Counted from the stretch's first letter, positions 12,425-26,055 are shown. The stretch: DNA of 64,000 bases from Eledone cirrhosa (GCA_964016885.1 OZ024740.1:381052001-381116000), one strand, 5' to 3'. The notes: generated by a model from the sequence alone, not told the origin. Numbers and translations: made by a program.

Positions 12425-12511
<87 letters not shown>

Positions 12512-12517
<6 letters not shown>

Positions 12518-12631
12518 CGTGTCTATGTCACATTCCTATGCCGTGGAAGAACAAAAAAAAATGAAACTCTTATATATCTGTATAGATATATGTGTGACAG
12601 TCTTATATATGTGTGTGTGTCACACACACAC

Positions 12632-12668
<37 letters not shown>

Positions 12669-13098
12669 ATGACTTCATTTGTAGTTGGTATTCTATAACA
12701 ATTTAATTTTATAATTTTGCTATGTAGATCTAAGTCCTTTGATAACTTCGTTGGAAAATTAAAAATAAGAAAATTCATTCTGGAGAACTTTCTCGCATTT
12801 ATCGGTGGCATTGGTCGAAGTAATCTAAAGTTGCAATATATGTTCTTTATTAAGTCTAAATTGTGAGTCTTGTTACTCTGGAGTTTCACCTGTTTATCAC
12901 AGGATCATCATATGTATATAGCTGAAACAGTATAAATAAAGACTGTTGATGTGGGAAGGGGATTTAATTTAGGGCCGAGGTTATTAAGATAGGGTGGACA
13001 GGGTGGTGGTGGCACTCAGGGCGGATATGACTATATGAAGATGGTAATGGGTAGTAATGGACATAGCCATAGAATTTTATCTGGTCAGTATGAGGCAG
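12512..13098 (-). mobile_element. PLE pseudo-LTR-like segment, left arm of the outer inverted pair (partner 24551-25172)
   Basis: Reverse complement of 24551-25172 with scattered substitutions and indels; contains degenerate hammerhead TGATGA-tcctgt...acagg-t-GAAA-ctccagag-TA. Confidence 0.7.
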
Positions 13099-13769
13099 CG
13101 GCTTCTCACAACCTATCACTTACTCTCCCACCAGCAACAACACCATTAAGAAAAGTAAGCGCATCAATAGACAAACTATCTGGTTCTCTCCTCCCTTCTC
13201 ACTCAACGTTAAAACCAATGTAGGAAACATATTTCTAGCGCTCTTAGATAGACACTTCCCCATAGGTCATAAATACCGCTCCATCTTTAACCGACACAAA
13301 GTTAAGCTAGGATACTCCTGCGCTAAGAATATGAAGGCCCACATCACCAGCAGCCCTAGGAGCAACACCCCACCAGGGTGCTCCTGCCATAAGCCTGAAG
13401 CTTGCCCCCTTCAACAGCAATGCAACACACCAGCTGTAATCTATGAAGCTGTGGTCACTTCCAACCGACCAAACGAACCACAGGAGGTCAAATCTTATGT
13501 GGGCATGGCGGAGGGCCGATTCAAGAAGCGTTTCCTAAACCACCAGTCTACCTTCAGATATCCGGACAGACGTTCATCCACGAAACTCGCGAGCCACGTA
13601 TGGTCCCTCATAGCCACGTATAGGCTACTCCATTCAATGGAAAGCCATCACTAAGTCCAAGCCATAACTATCCTAAAGATAGTGATTGCCTAAACACGAG
13701 AGTGAATTTTTCACACGTTGTCCACACGCCACCAAACATCTATTGCATAACTACAAGGCTCCGGACTGA
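13097..13769 (+). pseudogene. Penelope-like element ORF 3' part (GIY-YIG endonuclease), Hydra-clade-like
   Basis: SGFSQPITY...RQTIWFSPPFSLNVKTNVG...RHFP...IFNRHKVKLGYSC; CSCHKPEACPL (CxCx5C); VIYEA...YVG...FKKRFLNH; ...CPH...YKAPD* with frameshifts. Confidence 0.88.
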
Positions 13770-13951
13770 TGCTTTGTAATTTTATTTTTAATTTTTTATT
13801 TTTATTTTCAACCTAAAAACTTTCCGGACTTTCGCAGTTATCTCCCTTACACCTCTCGCACGCAGTCTAGTATTGCCTGTGTGAAGTGACAGAGTTTCTG
13901 CGCATGCGCGTTCGTACGGTTGTCCTTCCTGTTCCTATAACCATACACATC

Positions 13952-13991
13952 CCGAGCTGAAGATCCGCGAAGGTGAAACAGTTGTTCTCGG
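13952..13991 (+). ncRNA. Minimal type I hammerhead ribozyme in PLE 3' region
   Basis: CCGAG-CTGAAGA-tcc gcgaa ggt-GAAA-CAGTTG-TT-CTCGG; perfect stem I and near-palindromic stem III. Confidence 0.8.
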
Positions 13992-14085
13992 TATGGTGAA
14001 CTAACTGTTGTGTAACCACTTCTACCTAACTCGTCCCTTGGACTGAGTGCTCTACCACTACGGATATTACCTTCCAGTGTTCCAC

Positions 14086-14150
<65 letters not shown>

Positions 14151-14335
14151 GATAAATCTACCAAGAGTTTACGGTAGTGTCCAATCCGTATGAAGAACTC
14201 AATGTATTCCGGATATCATGGAAAGAAGAGATGTAATGAAAATCCACTTTCGGTGAAAGATAAACGGTATACAGAGTCAAGATAAAATATTAAACAAATA
14301 ATGAACAAACAATTCCTTATATTAAACAAAAAAAG

Positions 14336-14490
14336 TTCACTATTTAACGATCGTTTCTAGGGTATATATGTGTTATAATTGGTATGCATATTTAACAGAT
14401 CTATGTACAAAATTATACAAAATTATACAAATTATCAAGATTAAATATACATACCTAACTCATATATACGCCGTCTTCAGAAATAATGAA
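14336..14490 (-). ncRNA. Type I hammerhead ribozyme with long stem II (left-arm copy)
   Basis: Reverse complement of 21908-22062. Confidence 0.75.
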
Positions 14491-15257
14491 GTATATTTAT
14501 TGATAATAACAACAATTCAAAATATCAGTTCAAAATTGACCAATGAAAACACAAAGGGTTAAAAGCAGTTTGGTGTGTGTATATACATGTAAAAACCTTA
14601 CACATATTTTACAATAATGTGTGTATAATTTGTATGTGCATACTAAAAAGATGGATGCAAACACAAAATTTCAAGGTTAATATCTCTGTAAGCTTAATGC
14701 GCTGATAAGATACGCAATGATACTTATGGAGTCAAGCATATAAATATATTTTTTTCATACTCACACATATCAGTATAATCACACATACATGTGCGTATAT
14801 GCATAAATATACACATAACCACGAACATACAAACACACACACTCCCCCACTCACATTTATATATGTGGATATAAAATCATAAGCAAATAGAAATTAAGTC
14901 ACTCACATAAAAACACTGGCACACACATTTCAAGATCAAGATACAGAAATTAGGTGGGAGGGGGGGGGGGGGTCAGTATTAGATTGTCAGACCAGACTGC
15001 CTAATATAAATGTATCTATAAATAAAGAAAAATAAAAAAATAAAAACAATAAAATATAATAAATATAATATATTGTACATACACATACAGATATACATAC
15101 ACATACATACATGTACGCGCACATAGAGATATTTACACATACATACATACACACATACCTATACAGTCATACACACACATACATTTACACGAACATACAC
15201 ATACACATATAAAAAGATATAAATACACACACACTCACGCGCAACACATACACACAT

Positions 15258-15308
<51 letters not shown>

Positions 15309-15640
15309 TAGACTCATATATATATATATACATATACATATATATATATAAACATATATATCCACACACTCATACCACCATAAATACACATACAAACACC
15401 CACATGTATATATATATATATATATATATATATCTACATACACACACGTACACACATATATACACATACATATATACACATACATATATATATATACACA
15501 CACATAAAAAACAGACATGCACATATATATATATATATATATATTTCATTACTCTTATATATACACATAGTATATATACATACACAACCTCACTTATACA
15601 CATATACACATAAGTTATATTACAATAATAATAAAGAATA

Positions 15641-15673
<33 letters not shown>

Positions 15674-15794
15674 TATATACATATATATATATATATACAT
15701 ACATACATACACATACATACATACACATAAATATATACATACATAAATACACACATACGAATAAAGACATATATTCACACATAGACACCTATAT

Positions 15795-15826
<32 letters not shown>

Positions 15827-15864
15827 CTATATATATATATATACACATATATATATATACATAT

Positions 15865-15895
<31 letters not shown>

Positions 15896-17611
15896 GACAC
15901 ACATACACACTCACATATATATATATATATATGTGTATGTGAGTGTGCGCAAATACACATATATATACACACACACATACAAACACACACAAACACATAC
16001 ATATGCATACGTGCACACACACACACATATATCACATAGATACGAAGATAAACATATAAATAGAGAGACATACAAATATATACAGAACCCATATATACAT
16101 ACATACAAACACGCATATACATATACATACATATATACACATATATATATTCCTATATACAAGCATACACATACATACACATATATACATATACATACAC
16201 ATATACATACCACACATTCACATACACATACATATATAATACATATATATACATATATATACATACATATGTATGTACAATCATATATACACACTCAATC
16301 TTACATTCATATTTACATGCTCATATATGTATTTTTATATTTAGAAATAAATACCAAAACCTATATAGACACCCACCTACACATATATTCATACATATAC
16401 GCTTACAAAAACAGATGATAATAGTATGGGGGAAAGGGGGGGTTTGGAGAAGGGGATCAAAGTAAATATATGTTTCAAGAAACATATAATATTTTCCGTA
16501 TCTTAATTCAATGTATGTTCTTACATATTTTCAGTGCTAGGAAATACGAAATCTATGCATCTCAAAATAAAAAAGTAAACCATTAATCATATGTTAACTA
16601 AACCAAAGATAGTCAACATATTGATTTCCAAGGTGTAAATTAGTTAGGTTTATAATATTTGAAGCAGAATTATGAAGTCAAACAGTAGTAGATTATTAAT
16701 TACATTATAACTAAATTAAAGTTAATAACGTTATGGTATCAATATTAGGAGATGAATTTAGTAATAGGGAAAAGAAACCCAAATAAAAATAAAATAAAGT
16801 ATTACATCGGTAGTAGCATATAAATTATATGTTAACTAAATTAAAAATTATATATTTATTTCAATAGTATACGTTAATTAGTATATGTTAATTAGGTATA
16901 CAATACATAAAGCAGATATTGTATTTCATCAATAGCATAATATAATTATATGCAAATAAAAATCAAAATTAATACGCATACATATACATATACATACACA
17001 TACACATATATATACATATACACACATATATATATATATATACATATATATATACACATATATACATATATACTCACATAAATATACATACAGATACACA
17101 TACAACACACACATATACATATACATATAGATATACATATCTTTTTCAAAAAATTGCACAGAATATATTAACTAGGTATATATCCAAAACACATCCCATT
17201 CTATGATTACATGACATTCTGCAATTCGTCTGTACAAGGATACTAATTTTAAGCAAATTAAAATTAAAGTTTTAGGTTGATTAAAACTAAAACCAAATAA
17301 TAAATATATTTCCAAAATGTATATTAATTAGGTCTATAATACTAAAAATTCTTTCTCCGTCATTGGATACATGATATTATTTTGTTATATTTTATCTGTA
17401 AAAGAATTATAATAAAAAAAATTATAATAAAAGGTTAAAATAAATTAAAATTAATCTATAAATTAAATTACTGAGTATATATTAGTAATATTTAAAGGTT
17501 TTTCAAAATTTATGATTACATAATATTTTCTCATCTGTAATAAAATATTAATTAAATTAAATTTATAGGTTAACTAACATTTAAATTAAATTAAATTCTA
17601 GAATAATGTTA

Positions 17612-18533
17612 TTAATTAGGTTTATAATATTTAAATGTTTTTTTTAGTTTATGATTACACGATATAATTAATTCCTGTCTTTTATTTAATAAGATATCCC
17701 TAGACCTCATTATTTCAAATAGTTCTTGGGAACATAATCTACATTCCTTTCTATTATTTTGATAAGGGGTGGCTCTTTTGAGCACACTCCAGGTCAAATC
17801 ATATTTTATATTTTTATTTTTATAACTATTGATTTTTTCTGCTAGAGATGTTGTATTAGCCAGTGCGGCATTTTTAAAGCTATGTTTGTGGGTATTATAC
17901 CTTGTCTTAAAATTGTTAGAGGTAGCTCCTATATATGAGCAAATAGAATCTTTAGTTTTAACATTACATTTATAGACTATGTTGTTAACAAGACAATTCC
18001 CTTTTAATGGGCAGTTTGTTTTGTTTCTACAGTTACATCCTTTCGTTAATTCTGTATTTGAGGAGATATTATTGTTAATTTGATGTACTGGTGGTATACT
18101 TATGGTTTTCTTACATTTATATGCATTATATGCACTTATATTTTGTTTTATGTTATTTGTTGTAGAGTATGAGAATTTAACTGTAGACCTATTTAAGATT
18201 TGATGGTATTTGTGGTTTGGCGGGAAGTTTTTCTCAAGGATATGAAAAAATTTTTTAGCAATATTATCCTTAACTTGTAAATTAAAAGGAGCATTATACC
18301 AAGTAACTCGTCTATTACGGTTTCTATGTTGTTTATTATTTTTATTATTTTTATATGTTGTATCATGATTTTTACTAGGAGGATTAATGTTAATGATCTC
18401 ACCACAACTATTTTTAGTTATATTTGTAGATTTAGGTGTTTTATCTTTTTTATTAGGAGTTTTATTATTAATATTTATTATAGTTGTATGATGAGTAGTT
18501 TTTTGAGGGTTACTATACTTTATATTAGAAGAT
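17612..18533 (-). pseudogene. PLE ORF C-terminal part: RT-thumb/linker plus GIY-YIG endonuclease (Hydra-clade-like), open but 5'-truncated
   Basis: RRVTWYNAPF...KNFPPNH...ILNRSTVKFSYS; CNCRNKTNCPLKGNC; IVYKC...YIG...FKTRYNTH; CRLC..E; LLNKRQE..SCNH. Confidence 0.9.
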
Positions 18534-20500
18534 GCTAATACAACATCTCTAGCAGAAAAAATCAATAGTTATAAAAATAAAAATATAAAATATGATTTGA
18601 CCTGGAGTGTGCTCAAAAGAGCCACCCCTTATCAAAATAATAGAAAGGAATGTAGATTATGTTCCCAAGAACTATTTGAAATAATGAGGTCTAGGGATAT
18701 CTTATTAAATAAAAGACAGGAATTAATTATATCGTGTAATCATAAACTAAAAAAAACATTTAAATATTATAAACCTAATTAATAACATTATTCTAGAATT
18801 TAATTTAATTTAAATGTTAGTTAACCTATAAATTTAATTTAATTAATATTTTATTACAGATGAGAAAATATTATGTAATCATAAATTTTGAAAAACCTTT
18901 AAATATTACTAATATATACTCAGTAATTTAATTTATAGATTAATTTTAATTTATTTTAACCTTTTATTATAATTTTTTTTATTATAATTCTTTTACAGAT
19001 AAAATATAACAAAATAATATCATGTATCCAATGACGGAGAAAGAATTTTTAGTATTATAGACCTAATTAATATACATTTTGGAAATATATTTATTATTTG
19101 GTTTTAGTTTTAATCAACCTAAAACTTTAATTTTAATTTGCTTAAAATTAGTATCCTTGTACAGACGAATTGCAGAATGTCATGTAATCATAGAATGGGA
19201 TGTGTTTTGGATATATACCTAGTTAATATATTCTGTGCAATTTTTTGAAAAAGATATGTATATCTATATGTATATGTATATGTGTGTGTTGTATGTGTAT
19301 CTGTATGTATATTTATGTGAGTATATATGTATATATGTGTATATATATATGTATATATATATATATATGTGTGTATATGTATATATATGTGTATGTGTAT
19401 GTATATGTATATGTATGCGTATTAATTTTGATTTTTATTTGCATATAATTATATTATGCTATTGATGAAATACAATATCTGCTTTATGTATTGTATACCT
19501 AATTAACATATACTAATTAACGTATACTATTGAAATAAATATATAATTTTTAATTTAGTTAACATATAATTTATATGCTACTACCGATGTAATACTTTAT
19601 TTTATTTTTATTTGGGTTTCTTTTCCCTATTACTAAATTCATCTCCTAATATTGATACCATAACGTTATTAACTTTAATTTAGTTATAATGTAATTAATA
19701 ATCTACTACTGTTTGACTTCATAATTCTGCTTCAAATATTATAAACCTAACTAATTTACACCTTGGAAATCAATATGTTGACTATCTTTGGTTTAGTTAA
19801 CATATGATTAATGGTTTACTTTTTTATTTTGAGATGCATAGATTTCGTATTTCCTAGCACTGAAAATATGTAAGAACATACATTGAATTAAGATACGGAA
19901 AATATTATATGTTTCTTGAAACATATATTTACTTTGATCCCCTTCTCCAAACCCCCCCCCTTTCCCCCATACTATTATCATCTGTTTTTGTAAGCGTATA
20001 TGTATGAATATATGTGTAGGTGGGTGTCTATATAGGTTTTGGTATTTATTTCTAAATATAAAAATACATATATGAGCATGTAAATATGAATGTAAGATTG
20101 AGTGTGTATATATGATTGTACATACATATGTATGTATATATATGTATATATATGTATTATATATGTATGTGTATGTGAATGTGTGGTATGTATATGTGTA
20201 TGTATATGTATATATGTGTATGTATGTGTATGCTTGTATATAGGAATATATATATGTGTATATATGTATGTATATGTATATGCGTGTTTGTATGTATGTA
20301 TATATGGGTTCTGTATATATTTGTATGTCTCTCTATTTATATGTTTATCTTCGTATCTATGTGATATATGTGTGTGTGTGTGCACGTATGCATATGTATG
20401 TGTTTGTGTGTGTTTGTATGTGTGTGTGTATATATATGTGTATTTGCGCACACTCACATACACATATATATATATATATATGTGAGTGTGTATGTGTGTC

Positions 20501-20531
<31 letters not shown>

Positions 20532-20569
20532 ATATGTATATATATATATGTGTATATATATATATATAG

Positions 20570-20601
<32 letters not shown>

Positions 20602-20722
20602 ATATAGGTGTCTATGTGTGAATATATGTCTTTATTCGTATGTGTGTATTTATGTATGTATATATTTATGTGTATGTATGTATGTGTATGTATGTATGTA
20701 TATATATATATATATGTATATA

Positions 20723-20755
<33 letters not shown>

Positions 20756-21087
20756 TATTCTTTATTATTATTGTAATATAACTTATGTGTATATGTGTAT
20801 AAGTGAGGTTGTGTATGTATATATACTATGTGTATATATAAGAGTAATGAAATATATATATATATATATATATGTGCATGTCTGTTTTTTATGTGTGTGT
20901 ATATATATATATGTATGTGTATATATGTATGTGTATATATGTGTGTACGTGTGTGTATGTAGATATATATATATATATATATATATATACATGTGGGTGT
21001 TTGTATGTGTATTTATGGTGGTATGAGTGTGTGGATATATATGTTTATATATATATATGTATATGTATATATATATATATGAGTCTA

Positions 21088-21136
<49 letters not shown>

Positions 21137-21907
21137 ATGTGTGTATGTGTTGCGCGTGAGTGTGTGTGTATTTATATCTTTTTATATGTGTATGTGTATG
21201 TTCGTGTAAATGTATGTGTGTGTATGACTGTATAGGTATGTGTGTATGTATGTATGTGTAAATATCTCTATGTGCGCGTACATGTATGTATGTGTATGTA
21301 TATCTGTATGTGTATGTACAATATATTATATTTATTATATTTTATTGTTTTTATTTTTTTATTTTTCTTAATTTATAGATACATTTATATTAGGCAGTCT
21401 GGTCTGACAATCTAATACTGACCCCTCCCCCCCCCCCCTCCCACCTAATTTCTGTATCTTGATCTTGAAATGTGTGTGCCAGTGTTTTTATGTGAGTGAC
21501 TTAATTTCTATTTGCTTATGATTTTATATCCACATATATAAATGTGAGTGGGGGAGTGTGTGTGTTTGTATGTTCGTGGTTATGTGTATATTTATGCATA
21601 TACGCACATGTATGTGTGATTATACTGATATGTGTGAGTATGAAAAAAATATATTTATATGCTTGACTCCATAAGTATCATTGCGTATCTTATCAGCGCA
21701 TTAAGCTTACAGAGATATTAACCTTGAAATTTTGTGTTTGCATCCATCTTTTTAGTATGCACATACAAATTATACACACATTATTGTAAAATATGTGTAA
21801 GGTTTTTACATGTATATACACACACCAAACTGCTTTTAACCCTTTGTGTTTTCATTGGTCAATTTTGAACTGATATTTTGAATTGTTGTTATTATCAATA
21901 AATATAC

Positions 21908-22062
21908 TTCATTATTTCTGAAGACGGCGTATATATGAGTTAGGTATGTATATTTAATCTTGATAATTTGTATAATTTTGTATAATTTTGTACATAGATC
22001 TGTTAAATATGCATACCAATTATAACACATATATACCCTAGAAACGATCGTTAAATAGTGAA
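21908..22062 (+). ncRNA. Type I hammerhead ribozyme with long stem II (right-arm copy)
   Basis: TTCATTATTT-CTGAAGA-[ggcgtatatatgagtta...taacacatatataccc]-GAAA-CGATCG-TT-AAATAGTGAA. Confidence 0.75.
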
Positions 22063-22107
22063 CTTTTTTTGTTTAATATAAGGAATTGTTTGTTCATTAT
22101 TTGTTTA

Positions 22108-22144
<37 letters not shown>

Positions 22145-22306
22145 ATATATATTGTTATACTTTGGGAGGGTCATGTTGCCAATAAGAAACACACGCACCA
22201 GTTGCTTTCACTTCAATTTATTATATATTTATAAATTTATAAGTTTATAAATTTATAAATTTCTGGTTGGTTGGTTGGTTCCACAACCAGATAGTTGTTT
22301 ATATAT

Positions 22307-22351
22307 AGTCATAGTTCTTTCGTCACACACTCTGTGACCTCTTCAGTGACT
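22307..22351 (-). ncRNA. Minimal hammerhead ribozyme (left-arm copy)
   Basis: Reverse complement of 23964-24008. Confidence 0.75.
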
Positions 22352-22551
22352 GGGGATTCCTTTCTTTGTTTCTGTGCCTCTCCTTTGTTCTGTCCTACGC
22401 CATTTTGTTTCTGTGTGTGTATTGTGTGCTCAGTCTGCGCATGCGCCACATCCGGGTGTCTGTGTGTGTTTATGTTCATTTATTTATTTGTTTATTTACA
22501 TGTTACTGGTTGGTTGTTTGTTCTATGTGTGTGTGTTTTTTCATTTTGTCC

Positions 22552-23499
22552 TTAATTGTAAGTTGTGATGTTGCTGTTCCACTCATATTTTCTATTTAAT
22601 TTTGGTTGTAATTCTTTTATGTTTATTGCCTCTGTAATTTGTCTAAACATTGCGTCTTTTCTGTGTGTAGATTCTATTTTTATTTCTATGTTCTCTAATT
22701 TACCCTTGTGTTCTATGTTTGCATGTTGGTAGAGTACAGATGATTCTTTATTATCTTGAAGGTCTCGCCAGTGTTCATTTATCCGTTCCCCTACACTACG
22801 AGCTGTCTCACCTATGTACACTATATTTCTGTCTCTACATTGTCCTTCAGTACATCTTATGCTATACACTACATTTCTAGTTTTACAGTTAATATGGGGG
22901 CTTATTTTACAGGTTATACATTTCTTATCTATACATGAGGGTCTTTGAAAAGGGTATGTCTTGCTAATAAGTGTTTTTACGGAGGTACCTGGTCTTTCTA
23001 CTATCTTAATATTGAGTTTATGTTTATTTAGGGCCCTTCTAAATTTGTAAGCTAATTCACCTCTAGGGGTTGTATCGATGAACATTACACTCTGGTATTT
23101 ATTGCTATCATACCATGAGTTTATTCTATTAGCCTTGTTCCTAGTTCTTTCTATTCCATTCCAAAATTTGCTCCTATACAAGGGGCAGGTCCCATTTATG
23201 TCATTATTTACCATTTTTTCCCATTTGGTTCTGGCTCCTCTATACACTCTGATTTTATCTCTCTGATTGTAGCCAGAGAACTGCATACGGTGGATGAAGT
23301 GTTGTATGTGTCTCTCTAGTTCTTCGGGGTTGCACATGCGGGACACATTTCTCATCACCCGTACCAAATCCGCAATCAGTATGTTGATTTTGGTATGGTC
23401 CGAAATGGTCGAGTTTCGGTGGATCAGATGTTTGGAAGTCATGGGTTTGGCATAATGGGAACGGAGGATTTGTTTTTTGTTGTTAATGGTATCTAACTA
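22552..23499 (-). pseudogene. PLE ORF C-terminal part: RT thumb plus GIY-YIG endonuclease (Nematis-like)
   Basis: HYAKPMTSK...KINILIADLVRVMRNVS...SGY; CIDKKCITC...CKTRNVVYSIRC...YIGETARS..ERINEH...H...H...RQITEAINI...LNRKYEW. Confidence 0.9.
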
Positions 23500-23963
23500 T
23501 GTACATAGGTGAGACAGCTCGTAGTATAGGGGAACGGATAAATGAACACTGGCGAGACCTTCAAGATAATAAAGAATCATCTGTACTCTACCAACATGCT
23601 AAGATAGAACACAAGGGTAAATTAGAGAACATAGAAATAAAAATAGAATCTACACACAGAAAAAATGTTTAGACAAATTACAGAGGCAATAAACATAAAA
23701 GAATTACAACCAAAATTAAATAGAAAATATGAGTGGAACAGCAACATCACAACTTACAATTAAGGACAAAATGAAAACACATACACACATAGAACAAACA
23801 ACCAACCAGTAACATGTAAATAAACAAATAAATAAATGAACATAAACACGCACAGACACCCGGATGTGGCGCATGCGCAGACTGAGCACACAATACACAC
23901 ACAGAAACAAAATGGCGTAGGACAGAACAAAGGAGAGGCACAGAAACAAAGAAAGGAATCCCC

Positions 23964-24008
23964 AGTCACTGAAGAGGTCACAGAGTGTGTGACGAAAGAA
24001 CTATGACT
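23964..24008 (+). ncRNA. Minimal hammerhead ribozyme (right-arm copy)
   Basis: AGTCA-CTGAAGA-g-gtcaca gagtg tgtgac-GAAA-GAAC-TA-TGACT. Confidence 0.75.
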
Positions 24009-24244
24009 ATATATAAACAACTATCTGGTTGTGGAACCAACCAACCAACCAGAAATTTATAAATTTATAAACTTATAAATTTATAAATATATAATAAATT
24101 GAAGTGAAAGCAACTGGTGCGTGTGTTTCTTATTGGCAACATGACCCTCCCAAAGTATAACAATATCGGTTTCAACACACGATTTCAGATAAAGAATCTT
24201 GCTAAACAAATTCAGAAACGAAATATATATATATATATATATAT

Positions 24245-24987
24245 ATTTATAATTTTTACAACTTTTATAGTTGTTCATAATTTTTATAATTATTTCATGA
24301 TTTTTATAACTTTTAAATGCTTTTTATATTTTTCCTTGTATATATTTTATATTAATATATGTGTTTGTATATTCATTGAAATGTATGTAAGCACCTGGCA
24401 CGTGTATATATGTGTACGTTTGTGTGTATGAATGTATATTTATGTACATGTGTAATTCTATTCATATGTATATTCCATCCACCATTTCATCCTGCCAATC
24501 CTACAAACCTTTTCACTAACCCCCTATACATCCACCTTCACATTTATCACCTGCCTCATACTGACCAGTTAAAATTCTATGGCTATGTCCATTACTACCC
24601 ATTACCATCTTCACATAGTCATATCCGCCCTGAGTGCCACCACCACCCTGTCCACCCTATCTTAATAACCTCGGCCCTAAATTAAATCCCCTTCCCACAT
24701 CAACAGTCTTTATTTATACTGTTTCAGCTATATACATATGATGATCCTGTGATAAATAGGTGAAACTCCAGAGTAACAAGACTCTCAATTTAGACTTAAT
24801 AAAGAACATATATTGCAACTTTAGATTACTTCGACCATTGCCACCGATAAATGCGAGAAAGTTCTCCAGAATGAATTTTCTTATTTTTAATTTTCCAACG
24901 AAGTTATCAAAGGACTTATTAGATCTACATAGCAAAATGATACAATTAAATTGTTATAGAATACCAACTACACATGAAGTCATACTT

Positions 24988-25031
<44 letters not shown>

Positions 25032-25371
25032 CGCGCGCGCGTGTGTGTATGTGTGTGTGATACACACACATATATAAGACTGTCACACATATATCTATAC
25101 ACCTATATAAGACTGTTTCATTTTTTTGTTGTTCTTCCACGGCATAGGAATGTGACATAGACACGCACGCACACACACACATATATATATACGTATACGT
25201 GCATGTAAACCTAAACACACACACGCATATATTGGAAAATATGAGATCCTTGATACAGTTAAGTATATTTGAAAAAAAGGAAAAGAATGATTTCACCTGT
25301 AGTGTTAAATGATTTGATTTAATTTTATAATATTATAATATTATATCAAGTCATTCTTTTCCTTTTTTTCA
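24245..25371 (+). mobile_element. PLE 3' region/pseudo-LTR, right arm of the outer inverted pair, with terminal fold-back
   Basis: 24551-25172 is an inverted copy of 12512-13098; 25270-25293 and 25348-25371 form an inverted repeat at the (TA)n end. Confidence 0.65.
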
Positions 25372-25425
25372 TATATATATATGTGTGTGTTTGTGTGTAT
25401 ATATATATATATATAAAGATAATAA

Positions 25426-25608
25426 CTGTTTCTACTTTAGGAACAAGGCCAGCAATTACTCAGTACATTACTGGTACTTTATTTTATCGACCCCCGTAAG
25501 GATGAAAGGCAAAGTTAACCTCGGCGGATATGAACTCAGACTGTAAAGGGACGTAACTATGCCAGAAAGCATGGCGTCCAACTCTCTACCGATACTGCCA
25601 ATTCCCCG
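25426..25608 (-). mobile_element. SINE family A
   Basis: Reverse complement of the 4951-5138 consensus. Confidence 0.8.
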
Positions 25609-25669
25609 AAGATAATAACACTCACTATTTAGCCTAAATAAAATGAATTTATATATATAAACCTCAATT

Positions 25670-25980
25670 CGGTCACAAATGAACATGAGTTTTGCACCTA
25701 GAAAGTTTGCCTCTGAAACACAAGCCCTCTAGATGTGTTTTTGAGGAAGACATGTAGTTGCTCATGCAAAACAGTCTTCCTTCTCCATACTACCGATATT
25801 GTCTAAAGGAGAGGCAACCGCCGATACAGATTGGCACCAGTGAGGTTGCTGCTCATTTCTCCAGCGGAGTGTATTTGAGCAACGTGTTTTGCTCAAGGAC
25901 AACGCACAACCAGGTGCGGAAATCGACCTCACAGCTTCACTATCGTAAACCCAACGCTCTAACTACAAAGCCACGCACCT
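25670..25980 (-). mobile_element. SINE family B
   Basis: Reverse-complement homologue of 8535-8855. Confidence 0.65.
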
Positions 25981-26016
25981 CTACCATGTGTGTTTGTAAG
26001 TATGTATGTATGTATG

Positions 26017-26055
<39 letters not shown>

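Larger units (their letters stand above)
14149..22116 (-). mobile_element. 5'-truncated Penelope-like element with a 3.58-kb inverted duplication
   Basis: Arms 14282-17860 and 18534-22116 are near-identical reverse complements; 673-bp spacer is ORF; ~130-bp 3' tail at 14149-14281; (TA)n at both ends. Confidence 0.92.
22141..24225 (-). mobile_element. 5'-truncated Penelope-like element (Nematis-like) with 0.67-kb inverted pseudo-LTRs
   Basis: Arms 22149-22820 and 23500-24166 are reverse complements; flanked by (TA)n. Confidence 0.9.

Noticed and set aside
14690-14740. Hammerhead-like ctgataa...gatac...gagtc antisense to the PLE
   Set aside because: Both core motifs are mutated and the stems are weak.
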